A DNA stretch of 64,000 bases from Raillietiella orientalis. Taxonomy: Eukaryota. Position 1 is the stretch's first letter. Each line of letters begins with the position of its first letter. The DNA lies in NCBI GenBank assembly GCA_036172245.1, contig JAYWIR010000022.1:1550001-1614000 (forward strand), given 5' to 3'. The notes below the pieces were generated by a model that saw only the letters and a list, made by a program, of their open reading frames with translations, was not told the origin of the DNA and did not search any database. The position numbers were made by a program, and so were the translations under genes. This document shows positions 12,089-24,161 of the stretch, one piece after another.

Positions 12089-14476
12089 CTGGAGACAAGA
12101 GAGAAAGAAAGAGAAGGAGGGTGGGAGGTACAGGCAACGAGATCAGAATCCGCGAAGGGCATCGTTCCCATGGAGCCAGGGACGATGGGCACACTCCTCA
12201 CTTCTATCCTCGCGAGTCCTCGTTGCGCCACGCTCTTCAAAACTCCCGCCTACCCTGATGTCGGCTTCTTCTCGTTTTCCAAGACCAGATGCAACGCAAC
12301 AGTAGCACCCCCTATCAAGAGGAAACCGGCCGAGACCAGATTCTTGAGACCAGAAACGCAGCTACTCTTCTTTCTCTCGCCTGGAGCGGACCGAGAACCT
12401 GACGACGCAGCCGCCACGCGTAGTTTCCCAAAGTTTTTCTACCTCTAAGAAGAGCAGCAGCAGCAGTCAGAGGGAGGCAGAGGGATGCCGAGAGGAAAGA
12501 GGGAATCGAAATTCGTGCCCCACTGCTGAACCTCCTCTTCGCTCCCTAAAGGGAACCAGTCCTTCGAGGTCCACCGCAATTCCCTAGTGACCGGAAGTGG
12601 GATCCAGCAAGCAGGAGATACAGCCTCTGCACGGATCGTCTCCACCGTGAGTGGGTGGCCATAGCGATGGAGACGAAGTTCTCATCCTTTACTTCCTTCC
12701 AAGTTTCATTTTTTGTCTTTCTTTAGCTTTCTTTCTCTCTTCCCATTCCTTCCCTCGCTTCCCGGCAACCTCAGTGGTCACCTCGACTCCACGCCATCCC
12801 TCTCGCGGCCACTCTCACCCTCCTGACGCCGTGAAAAGAGGCGGGAGAGGACGCTACGGAATCAGCCATCGAATGTTCCCGTGGTCTCAATCTCTGGCTC
12901 AGTAGCTAGAGCGCAGTTGCCTAGAGGCAGGAGGAAGGAGACTCGAGCCGCTCGCCTAGCTTTCAGACGCCGTACGGATGACATGCGGACACCCTCGCAG
13001 TGGCTGAGTCTCGGCTGGTTCTCCTCAAGGAGAGACGGACACGAGGCGAAGGGGACGAGGGAAATTCTCTTTCTCCGGTCCGTGCAACATATTACCTTGT
13101 GATCTTTCTCCAGGCATCGTTCACCTCCTTCACGGCTCCTCCCTTGCCACTGTCCTCCGCACGCCATTCGAGAAGCGCCGGAAGAAAAGGGAGAGTCTAA
13201 TATGTCGAATTCGAAATCTTTAAACCCCGAAACCCGTAATCTGGGAGAGGAGGGGCGGAAGTTTGCCCTCTTTCCGCATCACGTCTTGAACTCGCGTCTT
13301 CCTGTTCTTGCAGACTTTTTACATACTCTTAGAAGACACGGATGCTCTCGGATTATCCTTAGGATTAGTAATCCTGAAGTTCGCGTTCTCTTTCTTCCAT
13401 TACTGCTTTTGCTGCTGCTGCATCTGTTTTTCCTCCTCTCTCCTTCTCCACCCCTCCTCCCCAGCTCGTTCACCATGGAGGTTCACCATGAAGCGATCCA
13501 AGAGGGCTTCTTCCTTCGAAAACGCGGCAGCGAGCAATCTCTCACGGGCTGTCGTTGTAGAGGCAGTGGTAGGTGAGAATCGTCTCTTCTCCGTGCTCTG
13601 CTGCTGCTGACGCAGAGCGGCAAGATCTCTTAGAGATAGGAAGAGAAGACGACCTCAAAGGAGACTCGAGGGGTTGAGGTTCGCTCCTACATTCACGTGG
13701 GTGCACTACGGGGCCCGGAGTGCAGCAGTTCTCCAAAAGGCACCAGAAAAAGGTACAGAGCTCAGACTCTCGATAGAGGGAAACCTCGGAAAGAAGGTCA
13801 CTTGTCCTTCCCACGGACGTTGGCGCCTCGACTTCCATCTCGAGGACACGCTGCATATGAAAGACCCTTTTCCTCTTCCGTTTCTCCTGAGAGAAAGCCG
13901 TGAAAGTGCAGCTTCGTCTGTAAGAGCGGAGAGGCTGGGGAAGATCGATTCACACGCGGAGTCGGGATGATGGAGGGAACGTTGAGAGAACACATATCTC
14001 GGTGGAAGTTTTCTGGAGGAAATTCTCGGGAGTAGGAAGCAACAGAGAGGCCAGGCACCCCATGCAGAAGGAGAAACTGGAGGGAGGGTCGTCGACGGTT
14101 CTAGACCGGTGGGGCCCAGAATGCCAACCGAAATCATCTTTGAGAGGCGACGGCAGCAGATCGATGTCAGCAGCGGGAGCTCAGGAGGTGGTCTCCGCAT
14201 GCATGGCAACAGGATCCGTCCTTTAGGACAACTGATTTCCTGGAACGCCCCTGCTCCGGGAGGAGAGAGGACTCGTAAGTGCCTTCTGAGTCGCAAAATG
14301 GCGGCAAGAGACATCTCGCTCCCGTCAATGAGGTGGCTGACAGCGTGGAGGCTTCCTGCCCCGAATAGCGGGTCAGTCTGCGAAGGGCCCGGACACCACC
14401 CGCGAACAGGGGGAGCTACGTTCCCGGGGGAACCCGGCTCCAGCACCCGTGGTAAAGCGATTAGGGGCAGCAATAC

Positions 14477-14582
14477 CTAAGACACGGTGGAAGTCTGCCA
14501 GCATCCCGCTGATGGTCCCGTTGGAACTCTTGTGAGTCTGCTGAATAGCTGTGGTGTAAGTGCTGCGGTCTGGCGGTTTGCT
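14477..14582 (-). CDS. Candidate exon (EQTARPQHLHHSYSADSQEFQRD... or SKPPDRSTYTTAIQQ...)
   Basis: Strong ttttttctctatttccag| acceptor, TAG|gtattg donor; 106 nt, two frames open. Confidence 0.5.
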
Positions 14583-15690
14583 CTGGAAATAGAGAAAAAA
14601 ATAGAGAAGACAAGGAAGAAGGCGAAGAGGAAAACCTGCGAAAGAAAAGACAAAGAAGAGCAGGAAGAACCCAGAAGAAGGGGACGGAGGACAAGATAAA
14701 GATGACGGACACGAAGAGGAAACCTCGACAAAAGACAAGGGCAAACATGCGGCGAAGCCGGTCCTTCCCTTTCTTCCCTTTCCTATGAGCTGCACCAGAA
14801 CTCCCCATCTCTAGCTCTCCTCAAGAAGAACTTATCTCCCTAGCAAATCGGCGGCGCCGCCGCAATTCGAGATCTAGGAGATGTGCGAGATCGGACATAG
14901 AAACCGCGTCTTTAAAGCCCACAGAGGTCAGGGAGGACTCTCCATGAAGAGGAGAGCGAGGAACATCCCTGCGAGACTGCAGCTTTGCCAGACATAAGCA
15001 GAGAATCCAGAAACGCACCCAGGATCATGAGAGGGAGGGGGCGCTTGGCTTTTCTGCCTAGATTTCTGGAGGGAGAATAGGAAGCAACCTACCGGACGCT
15101 AGGCGTAGCGGGTATTTAGGAGCCGAGAGACCGACCACGAGTGTCAGAGGGAAAAGAGGGACGAGGGAGAAGAACGAACGAATCGGAAACAGTGGACAAT
15201 CCTGGAGGAGGACAAGGGGGGAGGGGAGGGAAAAAGAAAAGGACCAGGGCAGGCGAGGCTACGCGCCGGTACTTCTGGATGCTTTTGCAAAGTTTCGGCG
15301 GCCACCCAAAGGGGCTGCTTTCTGTCGAGCGCGATTTTCGGATAGGGATCAGCTTCGTGGTATCCTAGGAAGGAAATGAATCTCCCACTCGTGCTCCCAT
15401 CCTTCCTCGTTCTCCAGCGCCCTCGTTTCACGGCGCGCTTCTCTCCCCTCTCGAACAGAACAGATGATCGAAAAGTCTCGTTCTCTTGGAGGCAAGGACG
15501 ACTCTCTCCTGGGGAGTGTTCTGCCGAGGCAGTCTATTCTTATCCTCTACCTCTCCTGGACCGTCACTCTTCCATCCGTCTTTTAGACGGATGGAAGAGT
15601 CCAGTTGGATTTTTCGTTTGGGAAGGTGGGAAGGTCACTCTCGAAACGGCCTTCACATGCGATTGCATACATAGGTAGGACCTTGCTAAC

Positions 15691-15775
15691 CGTGCAACGA
15701 TGGCTCGATCGCCAGGGAACATCCGATCGGCTGACTGTTGCGAGCAGATCCTTTTGATTTTTCGGAGGCGGAGAG
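15691..15775 (-). CDS. Candidate exon (frame ambiguous)
   Basis: ctctcctag| acceptor, ACG|gttagc donor; 85 nt, open in all three frames. Confidence 0.3.
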
Positions 15776-16065
15776 CTAGGAGAGGGAGCGGAGAGGATGT
15801 GGCAGGAAGAGACAGTTGATGAGCCACCGAGCTGGATGGAAAGTTCCCCCTCGGCTGAAAAGGATCAAAAACCGTTCATTCCTTTGGGAGAAGGAGGAGG
15901 AAACGCATGGAACCACCATCTTCTTCGACTCTGAAGGTCCACCATTTTGTTCCCGAACCCACGATGCTGGACTTGGACGGCAGACAGCTGCCGCCTCCGT
16001 TCGGACCGGCGATGGCAGATCGAAGTGGATTCCGGTCATCCACCATGGTGGGCGACAGCGTCCAC

Positions 16066-16147
16066 CTTGTCTGTGTGATGTGCCGCAGACGCTTCCTTCT
16101 CTTGACAAGCACAGCCTCGGCATCCTGCGAGCTTTCCCCGAAGGGAT
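16066..16147 (-). CDS. Candidate exon (frame ambiguous)
   Basis: Long pyrimidine tract with gacag| acceptor, AAG|gtggac donor; 82 nt, open in two frames. Confidence 0.3.
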
Positions 16148-17125
16148 CTGTCGAAGGGATCGGAGAGCCCAGGACAAGAAAGGGAGAAGAGAAGGGAGGA
16201 GACTGCTTTTTTTCTTTTCGTTCGAAGGGGTCAAAGTTTCTGGGTGAGGTAGCTCTTGAGGAGGTAGTCCTTTTGGTACTTGCGACTCTCAGGAGGCTGC
16301 TCTCCGAGAGAAAAAGCCATAGGAAGGAAGGCCCCTTCGAGCGTTCCTTCTGAGAAAGCGATCTCGAAGGATGACTGGCTTTCCACTTCTCAGAGGCTGC
16401 GCAGGGCGAACCATGCTAGCGAAGGACGCGATGCGTTTCGAATCCCAAAGCGACTCGCAGCCGTTGGGGGACTTAGCAGGGAGAACCCGCGTGAAGCAGG
16501 TAGCATAAAAGGGGATGGAAGGGATGGCAGCAACTGCTCTTCAAAAATTTGTCGTCACCGATCCCAATCCTCACTTTCCAGCCTCCTGCTGTCCAGCAGA
16601 GGCCAACAGTTGGATTGGAAGACCATGGACCGAGAGACCTCGAGGACGGAACCAAACGGGCTCTGGACGGCAGCCTTTCTTTCCAAGGAAACAAAGGAGG
16701 ATGAGTCTTTCGCGTTCGCCTTCGAACCCACGAGCGGACAAGCAATGCGGGTAGGGGAAGATGCTGAGAGGTTCGAAAGGAAGCACGAAGAGAACTTGTG
16801 GCGGCGATGTGCCTCGGAACAGCTCGTTGGCAAGGAGCTTTTCTCCTCCGGGTCTCGGAGGATTCTATCCGACCATCCATCACGGAGACGGCTATCCTCC
16901 TCCATTCAGAAGAAACCGAGATGAATTTGAGATCATTGTCCTTGAGGAACGTGCACGAACGTGGACTTGCGCAAGTGTTCTGGTCACTCACGTGCGCAAG
17001 AGAGAGTGTGGGTGCGCTCGCGGCGTGAAAGCTGTCTCACCCACCCGCCTAAGGTGGGTGTTGTGCAAGCCTCCTTTCTTCGCGCCAAACCCATCCTCAA
17101 AATCCACAGATCCTCAAATGCCGTT

Positions 17126-17171
17126 CTCTCGTCAGGATACTGCTGCTGCAGCAGCAGTACCCTGACGAGAG
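17126..17171. repeat. 46-bp palindrome with one mismatched pair
   Basis: CTCTCGTCAGGaTACTGCTGCTG|CAGCAGCAGTAcCCTGACGAGAG. Confidence 0.9.
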
Positions 17172-17258
17172 GACCCTGACGAGTGAAGAATCGCGGGGTT
17201 GCTAGGACACTATGCTTCCATTGTCACTTCGTGTGGTCAACCTCATCTACGTGGATAC

Positions 17259-17300
17259 CTCGACAAGCATCGAGGACATAGGAGTGGAAGACTCCGTTTC
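17259..17300 (-). CDS. Candidate micro-exon: ETESSTPMSSMLVE
   Basis: ggtag| acceptor, GAG|gtatcc donor; 42 nt, phase 0 to 0. Confidence 0.25.
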
Positions 17301-19133
17301 CTACCGGACGCACGTGTGAAGACGCGAGCGACCGCCGCTAGGTGCGCAGAGGCTGCTGCAAAGGGGAGACGGATGGACGCTGTCGAGATACTTCGAGAGC
17401 CGGCGCCATGAATAAATAAACCAGGGTGTCTTCCTCCCTCATAGTCACAGAGCACTCTGTCGAGGAACTCGGAATTTCGGGAAACCCGATCGATGGAGGG
17501 AAGTTTACTCCTGTGGAATTTTTGCCAAAATCTTCCTGGATGGCTTGCGGGAGACGCCGCGAAGTGTCCGGACAGCCCCTTCCGTAAACTGCGGAACGCC
17601 GTGCACTTCGGAACCGTTCGGGGACAAGGGCGGACAAGCTGCTAGGGAGGCAACGCTCGATGGCTCCGGGCGAGCTAAGCGCTGTGGCTCACCCCGTGCG
17701 TCCGATCGGGCTCAGAGCTCGGCGGGATCCTGGGATTCCACCGCTGCGCTCGAGAACTCTCATGCACTCCAGAACTAACAACCCGGGTAGTTGCTGCTCC
17801 AGAGCGGAGAGGGAATCAGGAAGGGCGGATCCCTTGGCGGACGATATCGGAACAGGCACTTGCCTCACAGCTCCGCCAGCCTCGAAAGTAGCGCACCCGG
17901 CGGCAGGAGCACTTGGAGCGCCGCAAGGCTCGGGAAGGGAAAAGGAGCGAGCGCCTCCACGAGGGCTTCTTTCCGTTACGAGTTCCGGTTGCGCATCAGC
18001 GGCTTCCCTTCTCAGGCCGGCAGGAGACCGCTCGCGTGTGGCACGAGGCAGGCACTTGATCTTCCCGGAACCTTGGGAGGAAGCAACGCCGGCGAAGGCC
18101 TCCGCGTGCCACGGTCAGGAAAATCCGGTTGCCACAGAATCGCCGTAAATGCCCGAGATTTTGTTTGTTCTCCCGGCATCGACGTTTCCCGAGCAACGGC
18201 GGCGGCTGCCTCCGCTCACTCTGGAAAGGCGCACTCGACGACGCCCACGGGAGGCGAGCGAAAGGAAACAGCGGTGGACGGCAGTAATAGTCAGCGGGAT
18301 GAGAAGAAAGCGGAAAGATACTAGAGTCGGCAGGACGAGAAGAAAGCGGCTGCTCCACTATCTGGTAAAGCGGCCGGGCGGAAGGATGACTGATGAGCGA
18401 GGGGCCGAGCTCCAACGAGCTCTAAAGAACGTCCAACCCCCCAGAAAGAGGGGCGGCAGAGAACTCCAGCGGAGGTGCAGACGTGTGCAAGATCGATGGA
18501 CGGGAATGCGTTATCTGAGACTTTCTGAGACGTTTCGGCGAAAGACCCCTGGAAAGCTCCTTCGGGAGCTCGTGCAGAAAGGACGCTGAGCCAGAGACAA
18601 GGAAGGCAAAGACAAACAAGAGTGCTCCGGACAGCGTAAGGAGAGGCCGCGGCCGGCACCCATTTCTCGAGCGTTTCTCCACGAAAATAGCCCAGGCGTT
18701 GCACGCACCCTCTTCTGGAGCAGACGACCCGACTCGGACCGCCGAAGGGGAGGAAGTCGGGCGTTCATCGATAGCCGCGGAGGAAACCAGGCGCTCTGGA
18801 ACGTCGGATCATGGCGGACAGAGAGACCCTCTTCCTGCACGCCCTGTGACGGAGAGCCTGCGGTCAGTTCGTTTGCCCTTTCCACGCCACAGTCCAAAGG
18901 ATGATTTTTCGAGCTCCGGATAAGCGACTTGCGGGCAAGTCTCGCGACTTCGCTTCCCGAACGGATTCGTTTGCTCTTTCAGAGGAAGCGTCCGATCTGT
19001 ACGCCGCTTTCCCACGAAGCAGCACCTCCAAAGAATATGTCTCTCGACCCCAAAGCGTGAGCGCCCAGCTGAAGCGAGCGTGAGACGAGGCAGCAGCCAA
19101 GACAGCTGCCTTCTGTCTGCGCTTCTGCCTTAC

Positions 19134-19541
19134 CTCTTGCTGCCCGCTGTCGACGTGGTAGCTGGTGTCGCAGAAACTCCTGTCCATGTACTCTCCTGCG
19201 AAATTGTAATCTCCTTTGATCTGACACTGGCTGGGATACTGTTCCAGCAGAACGTGCTTCATCTGCTGCTGTCTCTGCGGGGGCGGCGCGGGCAACACTT
19301 CGCCGGCTACCGTGGAAGAGCGTGGTTCGAAGCGGCCCACACGCTCGAAACCGCCAGACTGCACTTCCTTGGACTCCCTCGTCTGAGGAAATTCCAACTG
19401 CGGCACGCTCCGCGTGCCAGTTTGCCCATGGGGGTAGCTGTCCAAGCGAGTCGACTCCGGATCTCGGATGCACGGCATGGCAGCATCCGTCCTCTGGTAG
19501 CCGGCCATCGGCGGCGGTGCTCGCTGAGTCTCCGGCTGCAT
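19134..19541 (-). CDS. Coding exon: MQPETQRAPPPMAGYQ...CDTSYHVDSGQQE
   Basis: cccctttgcag| acceptor, GAG|gtaagg donor; 408 nt open in phase 0 to 0; protein-like Q/P-rich translation. Confidence 0.75.
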
Positions 19542-19849
19542 CTGCAAAGGGGATGCGAGTGTCCAGAGTGGGAAGGTTAGTTGGGACATGGAGAGAAATA
19601 ACGAAAGGAAGGGCGTTGGAGCGGCCGAGAATGGAAGTCGCGCGTGCCGCTGGTGATGGTGGTCCCCGGGAGACATTCGATACCTCCGACTCTCCCCCAG
19701 TTTGGTAAGTAGAAGTGCAGGGCCTCAAGAGAAAGGAATGGCACGAAGGTGAGGACCAGAGTACAGCACCGGAGTTCAGCAGGAGGAACGCGGGTATCAG
19801 GAAAGTGAAACGGGAAGCAGGAGTCTGCTGAGCTGCCATCTGGTTCTTA

Positions 19850-20330
19850 AATCACATCTGAGGGAAAATTCGGACATTTCGAGGGTGAGGATCAAGAAAG
19901 GTGCGGTAAAGTGTTGACGCATGTGAGTAAGGATGAGTTTGTGAACCATTAATCTTCGGAGCACAAGACGCGGGTGAGAAAGGTTGCCGAGTTGGGCCGG
20001 AAAGCCATGGTGTACAGATGCTGGAGAGTCCATCCACCAGTTGCTTGTTCCTTCCCATGAGGCATCAACTTGTGCGACGAAATTCTGAATTAAGCCAGCC
20101 TCTTGGTGTCTCCGGATCCAGCGTGGGGTGATCCATCCAGAGAACGCTGCGTTCGTGGTGAGAAAGTCGTTGCAGGCCTCGCCAGAGATCTGGAAGTGCC
20201 GAGACGTCCAGATCTGGTGCGCATTTCCATGTGTTATGTGGGGACATGCCGGGCATGAAAGAGCTTCCAAGATATGTCACTCATAAGGGCAAGTTAACGT
20301 GAGCAGCGACAGAGCAATGCGGAAAGTTCG
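19850..20330 (-). mobile_element. Diverged repeat copy A (related to ~60.1-60.2 kb), possible transposase remnant
   Basis: GCATGAAAGAGCTTCCAAG...TCATAAGGGCAAGTT is shared with 60154-60194; translation includes LSCPACP...HGN. Confidence 0.3.
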
Positions 20331-21250
20331 AAAGAGATGAAAGGCGAAGGAGATGTTCGACACCCCCTACCCCTACCCTTCATTTGTTTATAACCCCTTT
20401 CTTAACAGGAAAGATTTTCATCAGGGACAAACGTGCAGCCCAAGAGCACCCGCAGCGGAAAGTTGTGCTACACAAGCACTCTCGAGAGAAACTCGGCTCT
20501 CTGGGAGCGGATCAAAGAAAACAAAAAAAAAAGAGAAAAGATAGACTATGCAGGAGATGCAAACATATGGACAGCAGACTCTACAAATACAAACAAGCAT
20601 TCGCAAGTTATTAAGGAACGCACGCAATGGTCCTGTTCGTGCGGACGGAAGTTCGAGTCACGTGATTCGAAACGCGTATGAGACTCGTACTCACATGTTA
20701 GGGGCCAATATGTGATTGAACATTCTAGAATTTTCGCCCTAAAATGGTATCCCCAATTGGTCCTGTTTAAACTTCTTAGCACGTATGTCTCTTCGAGGAA
20801 TCAGGTGTCTCTGGGAGCGCTACGCCGTGAAATATGGCCTCTCACAGCCTCGGGACTGCAAACAGTAGGAGGAAATATCCGACTCGGGAAGTAGTGCGAA
20901 GAAATGGAACCAGCCTAGCTTTGTCTTACTCTTTGACCGAAATGTGCCTCATTTTTATCGAGTTCTTGCTACAGTCTGGATGACGCCGTTCCAGCTCGTC
21001 CGTCAGGCGACTTCGTCGTTATCAGGTCGTGAACACTGGAAGCCCGCCGCCGGAAACGCCGTCGAGAATGATCAAACAGGACTTTCAGGACATAGAGGAC
21101 ATCAATCAGTACTTATCTAGGGTTAATAGAGCTGAAATAAACGAGAAGAAAACGACAGGTCCCTCATGGCGTTCAGTCCATGCGTTGGAGAAAACGAAAT
21201 TCAAAATGCCCCGAGGCAACACAAAAACAAAAATCGCAGAAGACAGCAAA

Positions 21251-21314
21251 GGGCATAGCAGCCGGAAACACCCAGGAACTTTGGGCATAGCAGCCGGAAA
21301 CACCCAGGTACTTT
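21251..21314. repeat. Tandem duplication, 2 x 32 bp
   Basis: GGGCATAGCAGCCGGAAACACCCAGG(A/T)ACTTT repeated twice with one mismatch. Confidence 0.95.
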
Positions 21315-22391
21315 GCAGCGATCGTGCCAATGAAGCATTCGTGCAATATTCTTCTGGATGTTGCGGTCACGGAAGAATGCCTTTAGCGCACGTGCCAGTT
21401 GCCGCCTCACAGCGTGTTCGTGTACGTGTAGAGAAGGGTTGCTCTCGCGCGGGCCTGGATTGGCATTGCCGGTTGACTTTGTTCTTCCTGTTTGTTCTCT
21501 CTATCAGAATTCGTCATTCTTCCTGTTATTGATTTTTTTTTTTTCTTCCACCGATTGTATGGAGCTAATAAATGAATCGTTGCAAAAATAAGTCTTTATA
21601 ACGTATTTGAAGGAACGTGTGCCATAAATAGAGGAGAGGAAGGAAAAGGAAAACAATTTTCTCTGGGAAACCTTCAAGAAAAATGAAGCTGCCCTGCAAT
21701 CTAATATCATCTGAGAAATGACGAATTGCTGTTCATGTAAAGCCTCTTTAAAATGCAAATGACGTGCGCGCATGTGTTCAAGTTGCTGAAGACGTGTGTG
21801 TTTGCACCATTATGGCGGTCGTGAAAGTTCCACAGTCATTACCATCCTTGCACCCCCAGAAATCCTACAACCCTGGATCGGATGGTGAGAGGTCTTTGGG
21901 ATGCAGTAAATTAATGTGCGCTAAATGTGGGCATCGTCGAAGAGAGGGGCAAGATGTGTGCGCGCTCGCTGGAGCGCAGAAGCGGGATTCCTTGTCAATA
22001 CGGAGAGCTCTTGAGGTCACGGCCGCATTCTCCGATGGTCTCAGGGACGTCGGTGTGCGCACTTGTGTGCTTCAGTTCCAGAAGAATCACTGGGTCCTTC
22101 ACAGATGGCTGTCCAGCAATACGCGCGGGCGCCTAGCCGCGCGTGCTGGTCGCGTTCGGTTTCCAAGCAGAAGGCACTTCACAACGGGAAAGGGGAAAAG
22201 GATGATGGATTGTTTGCGATGGCTGATCAATGACCGAGCTGCTCCTGCCACGCAGTCCAGTAGGAATGCGTGGTCAAAGGATCATCTCAGAGTCAGACGT
22301 CAGCCAGACGCAGCTCAATCGGGGGCAACGAAGGCATAGCAGCCCCCAAAGAAACAGAACCACGCACAGACGCCATGTTTCTCTGACAGAC

Positions 22392-22485
22392 CTTTGAAGC
22401 CACTTCTTTGTGCATCATCGCTCTTTCCGGAAACTGCTGATGATTCGAGCCAAGTGAAGCGCCTGACATCGAAGAAACCGCTGCT
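22392..22485 (-). CDS. Coding exon: (R)AAVSSMSGASLGSNHQQFPERAMMHKEVASK
   Basis: gtttccag| acceptor, AAG|gtctgt donor; 94 nt, phase 2 to 0. Confidence 0.55.
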
Positions 22486-22815
22486 CTGGAAACCGTACAA
22501 ACAATTAAAATTCTTCTCCACGGATCATCTGGCTGCATCGCCCCTCATCCTCCTCCGCCTCCTGGCTGATTCCAAAGAGCCCCCAGATTTCGCACTTCCA
22601 ACTGCAGGTGCACCTCCAAAAAGGTAGGAGGAAGGAGTTGGGGGGAGGGGCCGTGACTCCTCCTCCCTCCTCCCTCTAAACGTAGGTAGCCTGCCACGTT
22701 CGGTGAGCAGGAAGCGCAGAGGAATGACCGCACCTTGCGAGAGATGCGCACCGCAAGAGCAGGAGGCAACGATCAGAGGGGGCGGGAAGGTGGTATTCCG
22801 AGAAAAAGTACTTGC

Positions 22816-22969
22816 CTCGCTTGGACGGGTGCAGCTTCTCCCATTCCTTGGAAGATTTGGTCGTGGGCGTCGTCGTCTTTTCTTAAAGAACCCTTCTGCA
22901 AGCGGTGGCTCGGGGGAAGCTGCTGGAACTCGCAGGAAGACATCCAGTCAGAATTGGGAAGTGGTTCAT
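22816..22969 (-). CDS. Coding exon with GC donor: (D)EPLPNSDWMSSCEFQQLPPSHRLQKGSLRKDDDAHDQIFQGMGEAAPVQA(R)
   Basis: aatcttgcag| acceptor, AG|gcaagt donor; 154 nt, phase 1 to 2, matches the next exon. Confidence 0.55.
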
Positions 22970-23112
22970 CTGCAAGATTACAGAGTCATCCTCGACGAAA
23001 GGGCAGCCCGTGCTGCTCATCGCAGAACTCCTTGCTTCGTTGGGTAAGGTTCACGCCTCCTCTCCCTCCGCGACGTGAGGGGTTTTCCGCTTCCCTCCTC
23101 CCAGAGAGCTAC

Positions 23113-23196
23113 CCAGAGGTCCAGTCGAATTCGAGAGAGGGAGACGGTCGTGGACGCCATCTACTTGACCCAATAATTTCGAAGCTTTTTGCGCTT
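23113..23196 (-). CDS. Candidate exon: (E)AQKASKLLGQVDGVHDRLPLSNSTGPL
   Basis: Pyrimidine-rich acceptor cctcag|, donor G|gtagct; 84 nt, phase 1 to 1. Confidence 0.35.
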
Positions 23197-23651
23197 CTGA
23201 GGTCAGGCGAGGGTTTGCAGGAAGGGGAGGGGGTGAGGAGAAGAAACCGGGAGAAAGCAAAGAGTGCGCAGGCAGGATTTATCAGGGGTATAGTTTGTGA
23301 CTGAAACTTCCTTCCTTCTCATCGGGGTTCAGAAACGGGTGGGGTGGAAAGAGTCCGAGGGCAGCATCCAGTGCCCCTCCAGTGAGCTCTCAAGAAGAGA
23401 AGAGGCGTGTTTTCCGATGGAGGGCAGATCGAGCCCATTTGGTGCTTCACCTTCACCCCGCCCTCTGGCACTGGGTGCTCCGAACGCTCGCTCACCGAGT
23501 AGCTCAGTAGCAGCGAGAGAACTCGAACACCTCCGCGGAGACAACCGAGACTTTGCCTGAGAGAGGTCCTCAGGAAATTCGACATTGGATCTCGAAAAGT
23601 TCAACAGCGGCTGGAAGAGGAGAGCGAACAATTCTTCCGCGAAGGTGATTC

Positions 23652-23668
23652 GGGGGGGGGGGGGGGGG
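23652..23668 (+). repeat. G17 homopolymer
   Basis: 17 consecutive G. Confidence 0.9.
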
Positions 23669-24080
23669 ATGCTCTGCCGCGTGGTCCGGGCGCTTATTCT
23701 TGAGCTACAGGAGTCGACCGAGAGGAAGACGACAGGGAAGGAGAAGCCGCGCTCCGGACGTCAAGATCTGCGCCCAGAAACTTTGTGGCCGCCCTGGAAG
23801 GCGAGTCCAGAATCTGAAACCACCCCACTGGGGGATGGTCGATCCTTCGAAGAAAAAGTCGCTTTGCAGCAGCAGAAGGACGCAAGGGGGAAACCAAGTG
23901 CTGTAGTCGGAAATGCGGAGGGGACAGCGACATCTGGGAAACCAGGAAGCAGGCGGGATCCTCGGGAGCATGAACTGAGAAACTTCTCTCAGGAAGCTTC
24001 GCTCGCCAAAGGGAGACCAGCTGCATTTCCTCTCCGGATTAAGAGAGTGCTCTCGTGGAAGAAGAAATCGCCTCGGTGAC

Positions 24081-24161
24081 CTTGTAGTTCCGGAGGAGGC
24101 ACAGTCGAGACTATCGGTCCTCTTTGCGGAATGCAAAGCTCCCTTCTTCGCCCCCCTTTAC
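24081..24161 (-). CDS. Candidate exon: (G)KGGRRRELCIPQRGPIVSTVPPPELQ
   Basis: ctgcttctcag| acceptor, weak AAG|gtcacc donor; 81 nt, phase 1 to 1. Confidence 0.4.

Noticed and set aside
20630..20680. B-box-like GTTCGAGTC (also a GGTTTCGAGCC near 8390 on the minus strand) suggesting a tRNA or SINE
   Set aside because: No convincing A box or cloverleaf could be built
21251..21314. CRISPR-like 26-32 bp repeat
   Set aside because: Only two adjacent copies, no unique spacers, no cas genes, and a eukaryotic context
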